DNA of 64,000 nucleotides from Candidatus Parcubacteria bacterium (lineage in GTDB: Bacteria > Patescibacteriota > Saccharimonadia > UBA4664 > JBIOIQ01), in contig OY970378.1 in assembly GCA_963718875.1 (NCBI GenBank), positions 196,396-260,395 of the forward strand, written 5' to 3'. Positions 25,978 to 35,714 of this stretch are shown piece by piece (position 1 is the stretch's first letter; every line of letters begins with the position of its first letter). The position numbers were made by a program, and so were the translations under genes. Under the pieces are notes generated by a model, which worked only from the letters and a program-made list of their open reading frames with translations, was not told the DNA's origin and made no database searches.

Positions 25978-26379
25978 ATGAAACAGCAATCATATGTCTA
26001 CATTATGGCTAACATCCGACCGACTCTATATATTGGAGTCACGAGTGACTTAATTGGTCGCGTTTATATGCATAGGAATGAAATGTACGAAGGATTTACT
26101 AGCAAGTATGGTATTACTAAATTAGTTTATTTTGAAGCTGCCGATAGCATCGAAGCAGCCACTCTAAGAGAAAAGCAGTTGAAAAGGTGGAATCGTGATT
26201 GGAAATTGCGCCTGATTACAGAGAAAAATCCAGAACTGGATGACCTTTTCCCTCAATTAGTTGATAATCAGATTGATTCCCGCCTGCGCGGGAATGACGT
26301 AGTTGATTTTGATAGAGCCGATGTGAAAAATGATATTGGTGTTCTTGAGGCGACAATTAATCGTGAGCAAGAACAATGA
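25978..26379 (+). CDS. GIY-YIG nuclease family protein (YhbQ/UPF0213-like) with C-terminal tail
   Basis: YVYIMAN...LYIGVTSDLIGRVYMH...KLVYFE...REKQLKRWNR matches GIY-YIG motifs. The 3' third of the ORF reads through palindromic element R4. Confidence 0.8.
   Translation: MKQQSYVYIMANIRPTLYIGVTSDLIGRVYMHRNEMYEGFTSKYGITKLVYFEAADSIEAATLREKQLKRWNRDWKLRLITEKNPELDDLFPQLVDNQIDSRLRGNDVVDFDRADVKNDIGVLEATINREQEQ
26270..26300 (-). repeat. palindromic element R4 (inverted copy of R3) inside the 3' end of the GIY-YIG ORF
   Basis: Its reverse complement is acgtcattcccgcgcaggcgggaatcaatct. Confidence 0.7.
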
Positions 26380-27155
26380 AAAAGCGTATTGATCAACTGC
26401 TGGTTGATCGTGGTATAGCGGCGGATTTGAAAGAGGCAGCGGCTTTTGTAATGTCCGGTGAGGTTTTGCTGGGTGATCATAGAGCTGATAAGCCCGGTGT
26501 GTTGGTGGCGGGCGATGCTCGAATTAGCTTAAAAGAAAAATCAAAATATGTGTCTCGAGCAGGGGACAAGTTGGCATCGGTTCTTGGGCAGCTCAATTTG
26601 GAATTTGTAGGCAAGGTAGTACTTGATGTCGGGTCGTCCACTGGTGGTTTTACCGATGTTGCGCTCCAAAATGGTGCTAGCAAAGTATATTGCGTGGATG
26701 TTGGGACGGCTCAACTTGCTTTTAAACTGAGGCAAGATCCACGGGTTGTAGTAAAGGAAAAAACTGACATTAGAGAGCTCAAAGGCCTGGTTTTAAGTCT
26801 GGGAAAAGATTCAACCGAGTATCAAGACTTGGTCTTAGCGGGGGTTGATATGGCTGTGATTGACGTATCGTTTATAAAACTCGAAAAGATATTGCCGGCA
26901 GTCGCCAAATTGATAAAGCCTGACGGGATAATTGTAGCCATGATGAAACCCCAGTTTGAGGCCGAAAAAGCCGTGGCTGATCGGTTTAAAGGAGTAATTA
27001 GCGATGAAGCGGTGCGACAGGAGATAATCGGTAATTTTAGGCAAGGAGTTATATCTCAGTTTGAAATTGTGGCTGAAGCCGATTCAAACGTTTTAGGATC
27101 AAAGGGTAATCGAGAGCGGTTTTTTGTACTTACAGTTAGTAAAGACTCAAACTAA
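26376..27155 (+). CDS. tlyA: TlyA-family rRNA 2'-O-methyltransferase (S4 + FtsJ-like domains)
   Basis: N-terminal S4 domain (RIDQLLVDRGIA) and SAM-binding motif VLDVGSSTGGFTDV. Confidence 0.88.
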   Translation: MKKRIDQLLVDRGIAADLKEAAAFVMSGEVLLGDHRADKPGVLVAGDARISLKEKSKYVSRAGDKLASVLGQLNLEFVGKVVLDVGSSTGGFTDVALQNGASKVYCVDVGTAQLAFKLRQDPRVVVKEKTDIRELKGLVLSLGKDSTEYQDLVLAGVDMAVIDVSFIKLEKILPAVAKLIKPDGIIVAMMKPQFEAEKAVADRFKGVISDEAVRQEIIGNFRQGVISQFEIVAEADSNVLGSKGNRERFFVLTVSKDSN

Positions 27156-27157
27156 AC

Positions 27158-28237
27158 TTAGGTATTGAAGCGAAACTCTACTACATCACCGTCTTTCATG
27201 GTGTAATCCTTTCCTTCTAGCCGCATCTTGCCGTTGGTTTTGGCTGCGGCCTCAGACCCTGATGATATAAGATCATCATAACTAACAATTTGGGCTTTGA
27301 TAAAGCCTTTTTCAAAGTCGGTATGAATCACTCCAGCTGCTTGAGGGGCGGTGTCGCCTTGATGGATAGTCCAGGCTCGGACTTCTTTGGGGCCGGCAGT
27401 TAGAAAAGTTTGTAGTCCAAGGGCTTTAAATCCGGCTTCAGCCAAAGAATCAAGTCCTGAATGTTCTTGTCCCAGCTCTTTTAATAGTTCGACGGCTTCG
27501 TCGTCGGCTAGCTCCATCAGCTCGGCTTCGATCTTAGCGCACAAAAAGACCGTGGGGTAGGGGTTAACGATGGTTTGCAGATCTGCCCTAAGTTTTTCGT
27601 CGCCCAGCTGGTTTTCGTCCAGATTAAAGACGATGATGAAAGGTTTGGCTGAAAGCAACTGTAGGTCGCGAACTTCTTCTTGCTCTTCCGGTGTTAAAAA
27701 AGCTCCGGCTAATTTGTCGGCATCAAGTTCAGTTTTTAATTGTTGGAGTAAATCGGCCAAAGGCTTGGCTTTTGGGTTGCTTTTAAGCTCGCCCATGATG
27801 CGGTTGAGCCGTGTTTCTACCGTGGCAAGGTCGGCCAAAATTAACTCGGTGTTTATAATTTCAATGTCATTTTTGGCATTAACCTCATCTTCAACGTGGG
27901 TAACATTTGGGTCTTTAAACACCCTTACCACCTGGACTATGGCATTGCACTCACGGATATGCGATAAAAACTTGTTGCCTAAGCCTTGTCCGGTACTGGC
28001 TCCGCGCACGAGCCCGGCGACGTCGACGAACGTAACTGTGGCCGGGATGATTTTTTCTGGTTTATAAATTTCAGAGAGTTTTGCTAGTCTAGGGTCGGGA
28101 ACAGGAACGATGCCGACATTAGGCTCGATGGTTGCAAATGGGTAGTTAGCAGCCAAAACATTATTTTTTGTAAGAGCGTTAAATAAGGTGGATTTGCCAA
28201 CATTGGGAAGGCCAACAATGGCAAGGGAAAGGCTCAT
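27158..28237 (-). CDS. ychF: ribosome-binding ATPase YchF
   Basis: G1 GLPNVGKST, and TGS domain at the C-terminus. GGAG RBS. The ATG at 28237 overlaps the doc stop as ATGA. Confidence 0.93.
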   Translation of the reverse strand: MSLSLAIVGLPNVGKSTLFNALTKNNVLAANYPFATIEPNVGIVPVPDPRLAKLSEIYKPEKIIPATVTFVDVAGLVRGASTGQGLGNKFLSHIRECNAIVQVVRVFKDPNVTHVEDEVNAKNDIEIINTELILADLATVETRLNRIMGELKSNPKAKPLADLLQQLKTELDADKLAGAFLTPEEQEEVRDLQLLSAKPFIIVFNLDENQLGDEKLRADLQTIVNPYPTVFLCAKIEAELMELADDEAVELLKELGQEHSGLDSLAEAGFKALGLQTFLTAGPKEVRAWTIHQGDTAPQAAGVIHTDFEKGFIKAQIVSYDDLISSGSEAAAKTNGKMRLEGKDYTMKDGDVVEFRFNT

Positions 28238-28626
28238 GATGGTTTCTCCGGTTGAGTGTGATCCTTGATCCATGCGGCTATGTTTGCTAGCTCAGGGTGT
28301 GTTTTTGCAGTCTCAAGCGTAAAGCATTCGCGTTCTTTAGCAGAGGCGGTGAGTATAATAGTGTTGAGATGGAGTAAGTACTCCAAACATGTGATAGCGG
28401 TGCGTTTGTTTCCGTCAACAAAAACATGGTAATTACATAGAGCTTCAAAAACGGCCGCGGCTTTGTCAAACATGTGGGGGTAGAGGTCTTCTCCTCCAAA
28501 GCTGGCTTGGGGTTTTTCGACAATTGCCTCAAGAAGCCCTGGTTCGCGTAAGCCTAAACTTCCTCCCGTGGTTTGCACTACGGTATCGTGGATACGCAAA
28601 ATATCCTGAATGCTGAGTAGCTCCAT
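28234..28626 (-). CDS. doc: Doc (Fic-fold) toxin of a type II TA system
   Basis: Fic motif HVFVDGNKRTAI. Overlaps the upstream phd as TAATG. Confidence 0.85.
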   Translation of the reverse strand: MELLSIQDILRIHDTVVQTTGGSLGLREPGLLEAIVEKPQASFGGEDLYPHMFDKAAAVFEALCNYHVFVDGNKRTAITCLEYLLHLNTIILTASAKERECFTLETAKTHPELANIAAWIKDHTQPEKPS

Positions 28627-28838
28627 TACTTATTGGCTAATGATTCTAACAGGGAGCGGTTTTTTTCAATGTAGTTTGCTAGCCAAGAATCCAGCTTTTC
28701 GGTGTTGGCCGATATCGGGTTGAGTTCAAAAATAGGCTTGGAACGTTTGACTACGGTAAAGCTTTCGCCCCGTTTGGTGCGCTCAGCGATGTCGTCCATG
28801 TGTTCTCGTAAGTCTTTTAGGCCGATGATTGTGCCCAT
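28626..28838 (-). CDS. phd: Phd/YefM-family antitoxin
   Basis: 70-aa YefM-like sequence directly upstream of and overlapping doc. Confidence 0.75.
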   Translation of the reverse strand: MGTIIGLKDLREHMDDIAERTKRGESFTVVKRSKPIFELNPISANTEKLDSWLANYIEKNRSLLESLANK

Positions 28839-28957
28839 AATGATGCTCCTTAGATTATCTTAAGGTTAACTTAAAGTGAGAATGAAGTCAATAATTTTTC
28901 TTTGTTGGGCATATCTTGAAACTTATTAGGCTTTTTCTGTGATAGAGTTGACATAAA

Positions 28958-28990
28958 TCTTGCAAAATTTAATAATATGTGCTATAATCT
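28958..28990 (+). promoter_or_regulatory. strong sigma70-like promoter TTGCAA-N17-TGcTATAAT upstream of the GC-rich LAXTG gene
   Basis: Extended -10 tgctataat at 28979-28987. Confidence 0.5.
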
Positions 28991-29063
28991 GTAAATCGTG
29001 TGGCATTTCGTCACGCATGTACCACCATCGCCTAGACGGCATGGTAGAAATGGAGAGTGTATC

Positions 29064-29774
29064 GTGAGAACGATCACCCGTACCACCATCGCCGCCTTGG
29101 TTCTGGCAATCGGAGTCCTGATCTCGCCCATCAATTCGGCCACCGCGGCCGAGTGTGCCACGACCTCGTACACCGACAGCAACTCATCGCCGGTCAGCTC
29201 CAGCTCAGCCACCATCGTGGTGGCTGGCAACCCGAGCACCAACATCGTCTCGTGGGCAGTCCAGGCCAAGCCTGGATACTCGCTGTCGAGCGTGGAGGTC
29301 AAGATCAACGGGAGCAGGAACGTCTTCTCGACCAGCGCGACCGGGAGTGCTCCGGCAGGAGCCTACATCAGCCGCATCGATGCAGTGGCCTGTCCGGTTC
29401 CGGCCACGACGCTGCCGGCCACGACCGTTCCCGTCGCCACCCCACCGCAGACTCCAGCTCCGGCAACGCCTATCCCGGCTCCGAGTGTGCCCAGCGATTC
29501 GGCTTCACTGACGAACGCCAACACGCCTGACCTTCGGGCCGACCCGCCGGCTGAGCAGTCGAACGTCGTACTCCCCGCCAGCGCAACCCCCACTCCGGTG
29601 GCGGGTAGCAACGCGGGGGTCGTTCCGGCTTCGTCCGCTCCGGCTTCCGCCTCGGCCTCCTCCGGAAGGTATTTGGCACTTACCGGGCATGACACGGGGA
29701 TGTTGGTAGGTCTGGGTCTCCTGGCCATGCTGCTTGGTGGGGTCGTCCTTGCCCTGTCTCGCGGTAGCCGCTAA
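29064..29774 (+). CDS. secreted surface protein with LAXTG-type sortase sorting signal, GC-rich
   Basis: GGAGAG RBS plus GTG start. Signal peptide, P/T/A-rich stalk, then C-terminal LALTG + hydrophobic segment + RGSR tail. GC far above the flanks. Confidence 0.7.
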   Translation: MRTITRTTIAALVLAIGVLISPINSATAAECATTSYTDSNSSPVSSSSATIVVAGNPSTNIVSWAVQAKPGYSLSSVEVKINGSRNVFSTSATGSAPAGAYISRIDAVACPVPATTLPATTVPVATPPQTPAPATPIPAPSVPSDSASLTNANTPDLRADPPAEQSNVVLPASATPTPVAGSNAGVVPASSAPASASASSGRYLALTGHDTGMLVGLGLLAMLLGGVVLALSRGSR

Positions 29775-29791
29775 GTAACAGCGGCACAACG

Positions 29792-29842
29792 CGCCGTTCC
29801 GGTAACGCACTCAGCGTTACCGGAACGGCGCTCTTCATTTTA
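29792..29842 (+). terminator. rho-independent terminator (18-bp perfect stem + T-rich tail)
   Basis: gcgccgttccggtaacgc-actca-gcgttaccggaacggcgc-tcttcatttt. Confidence 0.8.
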
Positions 29843-29900
29843 TAAACGGCTTAATAGCATAAGCAGTATTGCCAAAAAAGCTGAACGTACTTATGATAGG

Positions 29901-30806
29901 GTGGAGATGAGAATTAATCCCAGACTTTTCGCCGTTGTTGCTGCCGTTACGCTGGTAGTCGGGTCTGTAGTTTTTATTTTAAAACCGCAATTATTCCCTA
30001 AAGCATATGGCAAAGTTGGTAATTATGTAGCTCGAGCGCCTGAGGTAGAGGCAATGATTAAGCAAAACCAAAATCTTGACACTTATGCAGCTGTCACTGT
30101 TTTGTTAGACTTACACTTATTCCGCCAAGTAGCTTCTAAATTGGGCCTAAACGTGACCGATGAAGAAGTAACGAAAGAGCTGCAAAAGCGCTTGGGTAAA
30201 AGTAAGCTTTGGGATAAACTGCATCTTAGTGCAGTGGCTGAGACACAATTATTGCGAGATAAATTGGCCTTGCGGGTGGCTGGAAACACTCGAGGGCGGG
30301 TTGTCATAATTCATTTTGAACAGCATTTTTATGTTTATGGCAGAGGAGATTTAAGGCCAGGTGAAACGGAAGCTAGAAGGCCTCAATATATTGCCGCCGA
30401 TCGGGCAGCTGCAGATGCGTTAAAGGATAGCATTTACCAGAAACTGCAAAATAAAACTATTAGTTTTGATCAAGCAATGCAGATGGAACTAGACGACCCC
30501 AAGGTGGGACCAAAAGTTATTCCGACGACTGTTCACTCTCGCACTTTTAACACAGCGGATAAGCTAACTCCGTTAAGTGGCTACTTGGACTTACCTGAGT
30601 TCAAGAAGTTATTTAGCGAAACGGCCGTTAATAGTTATTCGGCACCGACGCTGATTAAACTGCAGGCTTCTGATCAAGACAAGAGAATGGTTGATAGCTG
30701 GTGGGTGATTGTTCAGGTGGATGGACGTGACGCCGGCTTAGCCGATAGCCTTGAAGACTACATGAATACTCAAAAGAAAATTTTAAAATATGAGAAGACA
30801 TTATGA
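29901..30806 (+). CDS. hypothetical membrane-anchored protein (N-terminal TM, extracytoplasmic domain)
   Basis: N-terminal hydrophobic helix and 300-aa soluble domain. No family recognised. Confidence 0.55.
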   Translation: MEMRINPRLFAVVAAVTLVVGSVVFILKPQLFPKAYGKVGNYVARAPEVEAMIKQNQNLDTYAAVTVLLDLHLFRQVASKLGLNVTDEEVTKELQKRLGKSKLWDKLHLSAVAETQLLRDKLALRVAGNTRGRVVIIHFEQHFYVYGRGDLRPGETEARRPQYIAADRAAADALKDSIYQKLQNKTISFDQAMQMELDDPKVGPKVIPTTVHSRTFNTADKLTPLSGYLDLPEFKKLFSETAVNSYSAPTLIKLQASDQDKRMVDSWWVIVQVDGRDAGLADSLEDYMNTQKKILKYEKTL

Positions 30807-33800
30807 AAATCTTAAAACGGTTAGCTAAACTCGGCGGAGTAAGTTTACTATTTTTGCTTGCCCATCTGTCAACTAGTTCACAAAACGCTTTGGCGGCTTG
30901 TGGGCGAAGTGATGGTGGAATGAGCAATCCAGCTGATGTAAGGGTTCATGTACGCAATAATGCCGGCAATGCTATGAATAATATTAGCTTTAACTTTTAT
31001 GAAGTAGATGGCTATACAAGTATGTGGCGATTTGATGAGGGCGGATACTATGTAGACGGTTCTGCTACTAGCAACCGTGATTTTACTAGTGGAGATACCT
31101 GCGCGGGCTCAGGTACGGTGGTACTGGCTTATCCAGGTAACGGGGGGAATGGTTGGGCTCTTGGTTGTACTCAGAGAACGGATACCGGTGGGCCTGGGGG
31201 AGGCAGTACTGGCAATCCCGCCACCTGGTCGTTTAGAAATATCACCATGCCAGGACCGGGCTCATGGAATATCCCGACTTTTCAAGTTGTTAACGGGTCA
31301 ACGACTGACGTTGACTTGGTTTGGACTCCTGATGCGCCGCCAGTTGGTGAGCAAGGAGTGCAAGGACGCGTTTACAATGACGCTAATGATAACAGGCAAT
31401 ATGATTCGGGTGAGGAAATTATTCAAAATCCCAGTGGTGCTTGTGGTTCATATTTAACCGTTGGTGCTACAGTAACGGCCGGTGGAACCACAGGCAATTT
31501 AAACGTTTGTAATCCAGATCCGTTATTTAAGATTTCAACAAACTCGGGAAACCAAAGAGTTGACTTAAATGTTCCTGCTGGATGGACGGCTACTACTCCA
31601 ACGTTTCGCAATGTAACCGTACCTTCAGGGTCATATTACAGCTTTACGATCGAGCAATGGTTTGGAATTAAGAGGAATGTTGTGGGTGGTGACCAAGGCG
31701 TTCAAGGACGCGTTTACAATGACGCTAATGATAACAGGCAATATGATTCTGGTGAAGAAATTATCCAGAATCCCAGCGGCGCCTGTGGTTCATATTTAAC
31801 CGTTGGTGCTACGGTATCGGCTGGTGGCACCACAGGTTATTTAAATGTTTGTAATCCAGATCCGTTATTTAAGATTTCAACAAACTCGGGAAACCAAAGA
31901 GTTGACTTAAATGTTCCTGCTGGATGGACGGCTACTACTCCAACGTTTCGCAATGTAACCGTACCTTCAGGGTCATATTACAGCTTTACGTATGGTGAAT
32001 GGTTTGGAATTAAGAGGAATGTTGTGGGTGGTGACCAAGGCGTTCAAGGACGCGTTTACAATGACGCTAATGATAACAGGCAATATGATTCGGGTGAGGA
32101 GATTATTCAAAATCCCAGCGGCGCTGCGGCTCATATTTGACCGTCGGCGCTACGGTAACGGCCGGTGGAACCACAGGCAATTTAAACGTTTGTAACCCAG
32201 ATCCGTTATTTAAGATTGCAACGAGCTCGGGGAACCAAAGGGTTACCGTGAATGTTCCTTCTGGGTGGACGGCTACCAATGGGACATTCCGCGATGTAAC
32301 TGTACCTTCAGGGTCGTATTACAGTTTTACGATCGAGCAATGGTTTGGAATTAAGAGGAATGTTGTGGCGTCAACTTTAACTCTGACTCCTCAGTGTAAT
32401 TCTGTTTCAGGTGAGGCTGAGATAAAAGCTACATGGGGTACGCCGTCAGGGCAGCCAGCTTACAACAATTACCAGGTGGCTGTACAAAGAAATGGAGGTC
32501 CGGTAACCCCAATTTGGACTAAAGATAGGATTCCAACGGGCTCGAATCCGACTACCGTAACAGCGCCAACCGACGGGTTCACTGCGACGCCCGGGGGATC
32601 TAAGCTGGCAAATCTGACATCTTATACTGTGAAAGTATCAACCGAAAATTTTACAAGTTTTGGTCCGTTTACAAACACAATTGTGAATACTCCGCCGTTT
32701 GCTACAGGTAATGTAACCACTCTTGATTGTGCTGGAGTAAATCCGCCAGAACCTACTCAAACTGTCAATTGTGATTCGACTACGGGATCAATAACTGCAA
32801 CGCTCAGCTGGACGGCCGGAGTTGGCGGAAACAATTTTAGAGCGGAAATCGGCCAAGGAGGTGCTATACCGGCAGCATACTTTTCCAAGGCTGTCAGCGG
32901 CGCCCCGGGCACATCTGTACCGGTTGGCTTTGTCCCGGCTGGAACAACACCGGCTGGAAGTGCTTTGACGTTGTCGCAAAATACTGATTATACCTATAGA
33001 ATTATTTACAATAATGGTAGTTATAGCGCCAAAACGGCTGGCCCAAAAACATTTAATACTGGTCCGTGTGCTGGCACCCCTCCATATGACAATGTTTTGG
33101 ACTTGGGCGGTGGCGCAACCTGCCAATCCGTACTTCAAAATAGTGATTTTGAGATCTTTCCTGTTGATGCTAGAAACCGAGGAACTGGTAGTAGTCCGTC
33201 AATAACAGTAGAAGTTGACGGAGGCCATGATGGCAGTCCTGGTGGCCCTGCTTCAGCTTGGATTACGGCGAATACGGTAGATACAACTGGGAGCCCAACA
33301 GTTTTGAGTTCTCCGCTTCGATACCGATGGAGTGCAGGTTCTCCTCCGCCAGGGAATGTACCATTCTTCAGTCAACACGCTTGGTGGCACGTGGGAGCCG
33401 CTCCAATAGGGACTACAATCTATTTCAACGGTAGAGTCTCGCCAGGAAAAGGAATTGATGGCGGAGTTATAACTGATGCATTTCATGATGCCACTTATGG
33501 TGGTGGAGTGTTACCTTGCATAACGGTTGTGAGCACCACTTCACCGTACTTTACTACTACGGGTAGTGACGTTCACGCCGGGGGAAGTGCTGGAAGCGGG
33601 TCTAACTGTACCTTGTCAGTTGCTGGGACGGGCAATATTCGCGGCCAGGTGAATCAAGACGGGGGAAGCCCGGCAGATTACCCCACAAAGGTTGAGTATG
33701 TCGTTTCAGCTCACGGAAACATCAATAATGTAGGTGGGGATGGGCTTCAATTCAGCAATATACCGTTTGCACCAGGACCGGGACATTATGGCAGTGTTTG

Positions 33801-34431
33801 TAGGCCGGATCTGGTAAACTTGGCCCTAAAGTATCCTGCTGCATCGACAAGCACTTATGTTCCAGGGACCAGTAATTTAGGTGGTGTCCGTGCCAACGAT
33901 ACGATGTTTAAACACGTAGGTGACGTAACATTGACAGCGCCTGTTACTATTGCCGGTCGAGTAACACTATTTGTCCAAGGAAATATAACTATTAAAGGTA
34001 ACATAAACTTTAATGCTGGTCCTTGGGCATGGAGTCCCGACCCTGCTCTAAATAATCTCCCGGCTCTTGGCATTATTGCAACGGGTGATATAAATATTGA
34101 TCCAGCAGTCACGCATCTTGACGGCTATTTCTTTGCAGGAGGGGCGGGTGGTCCCGGAGGGGTGTTTGATACCTGTGCAGGGGTGGTAATAAGTGGTCCT
34201 GGAGCAACAGCCAGCGTCTGCTCCAACGAGCTAGTTTTAAACGGTTTAGTTATGGCCAGTAAGTTCCGCTTGGCTCGCACAAGAGGTACAACCGTCCCGG
34301 GAACTACTCCAGCAGAAACATTCAATTTCTTAGGCGACATTTACTTGACTCCGCCGCCAGTGTTCCGGGATGCTTTTACTGCTCGTGCTACGGGACTTCA
34401 GTTCCAAGGTGAGCTACCTCCACTGTATTAA
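30803..34431 (+). CDS. very large secreted beta-rich repeat protein (putative pilus-associated adhesin), split by apparent -1 frameshift at ~32127 inside a tandem repeat
   Basis: Signal peptide. Three 342-bp (114-aa) tandem units starting at 31346, 31688 and 32030. The third unit lacks one base (tgtggttca vs gcggctca), and the frame continues into ORF 32137-34431. Confidence 0.75.
31346..32371 (+). repeat. 3 tandem copies of a 342-bp coding repeat
   Basis: Near-identical DNA blocks, including caaggacgcgtttacaatgacgctaatgataacaggcaatatgattc. Confidence 0.85.
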
Positions 34432-34486
34432 GCTCATGGAATATACACTTCACAAATGCATTCCGCTTATGTTAGGATTAACTTAA

Positions 34487-35524
34487 ATGGGATTACTTGC
34501 GCAAGAAGTTAATTACTTTGGCCTAGATATTGGTAGCACACAGCTACGGTTGGTTCAGCTGAAAAAAACAGCTGGTAATCCGGCGCTTGTGACTTACGGC
34601 TCAGTTGATCTGCCCTCGGGTATGGCTGCTAGCGATTCGCAAACACATTTAGAAACATTGTCCAGGCTAATTAATCAGCTGGTTCGCGACACGCGCGCCA
34701 ACACCAATAACGTTGTAGTTGGATTACCTGCGAGTAGTTTGTTTACTTCAATTATTACCACTCCTAAGTTAACAGGAGCAGAGTTGGAGAAGGGGATACG
34801 ATTTCAAGCAGATCAATACATCCCGATGGCCATAGATCAAGTTAAGTTAGACTGGTCAGTTGTTGGGCCAGGTAAGTCAGACAAAGAACAAGAGGTGCTT
34901 TTGGTAGCAGCCTCTAATCTTGCCACTGAAAAGTATTCGACACTGTTAGAGAAGGCCGGTTTAGAAATTGTGGCACTTGAAGCAAATGCCACAGCTGCCA
35001 TGAGGTCTTTGGTTCGAGACGGTCAGGAGGCTGTAGTTATATTGGATATTGGAGATTTAGCGAGTGACTTAACAATTGTATACAACCAAAACCCTTATTT
35101 GGTTCGTTCAATTGCGGTTGGTGGCGGAACTTTGGTAAAAGCGGTCGCTCAGTCACTGAAACTTGACCAAGCGCAGGCCCAGCAGTTCGCTTATCGGTTT
35201 GGTTTAACTACCGCCAAACTTGAAGGAGAGGTATTAAAAGCAATTAAGCCGAGTGTTGATAGTTTAGTAAGCGAAGTTGATAAATCGCGCAAGTTTTTCC
35301 TAGGTCGTTATCCTGGAGTGAAGCTAGATAAGGTAATCATTACAGGGGGAACTACTAAGCTGCCAGAATTACCGACTTATCTTGCTAATGCTTTAGGTCT
35401 ACCTGTGGAGCTTGGGAATGCTTGGGTTGGAGTAAGTTATCCAAGCAATCAAGAGGATGCATTAATGGAGGTATCGGATCAATATGCTGTGGCCGTCGGT
35501 CTTGCCCAAAGGATGCTAGTATGA
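34487..35524 (+). CDS. pilM: type IV pilus assembly protein PilM (actin-like ATPase fold)
   Basis: YFGLDIGSTQLRLV N-terminus and PilM-like length. Confidence 0.85.
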   Translation: MGLLAQEVNYFGLDIGSTQLRLVQLKKTAGNPALVTYGSVDLPSGMAASDSQTHLETLSRLINQLVRDTRANTNNVVVGLPASSLFTSIITTPKLTGAELEKGIRFQADQYIPMAIDQVKLDWSVVGPGKSDKEQEVLLVAASNLATEKYSTLLEKAGLEIVALEANATAAMRSLVRDGQEAVVILDIGDLASDLTIVYNQNPYLVRSIAVGGGTLVKAVAQSLKLDQAQAQQFAYRFGLTTAKLEGEVLKAIKPSVDSLVSEVDKSRKFFLGRYPGVKLDKVIITGGTTKLPELPTYLANALGLPVELGNAWVGVSYPSNQEDALMEVSDQYAVAVGLAQRMLV

Positions 35525-35557
35525 AGTCTTTTCTGGCTAGCGCATTACGGCGTCGAT

Positions 35558-35629
35558 CCCTCCAGTCCGCGTTCGCCGTAGGTCAACTACGGCTTTCTTG
35601 CGGGCTTCGGTCTCTCCTTGTACTGCATC
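35558..35629 (+). repeat. structured intergenic element family B copy (hairpin ccgtag-gtcaa-ctacgg)
   Basis: Aligns with the other two copies. Lies downstream of pilM. Confidence 0.6.
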
Positions 35630-35714
35630 AAGACATAAAAGACTTAGTCAGAGACTCAAGTACGAAAGTCCTGATAACAGGGTTTAACGGTGATGACCTA
35701 AGGAGGGTGGGCAA

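Noticed and set aside
29057-29810. Alternative-frame and antisense ORFs within the LAXTG protein gene (29057-29530, 29155-29511, 29363-29728, 29470-29679, 29505-29810)
   Set aside because: Arg/Pro-rich translations typical of off-frame reading of high-GC DNA; only the frame with signal peptide plus sorting signal is coherent.
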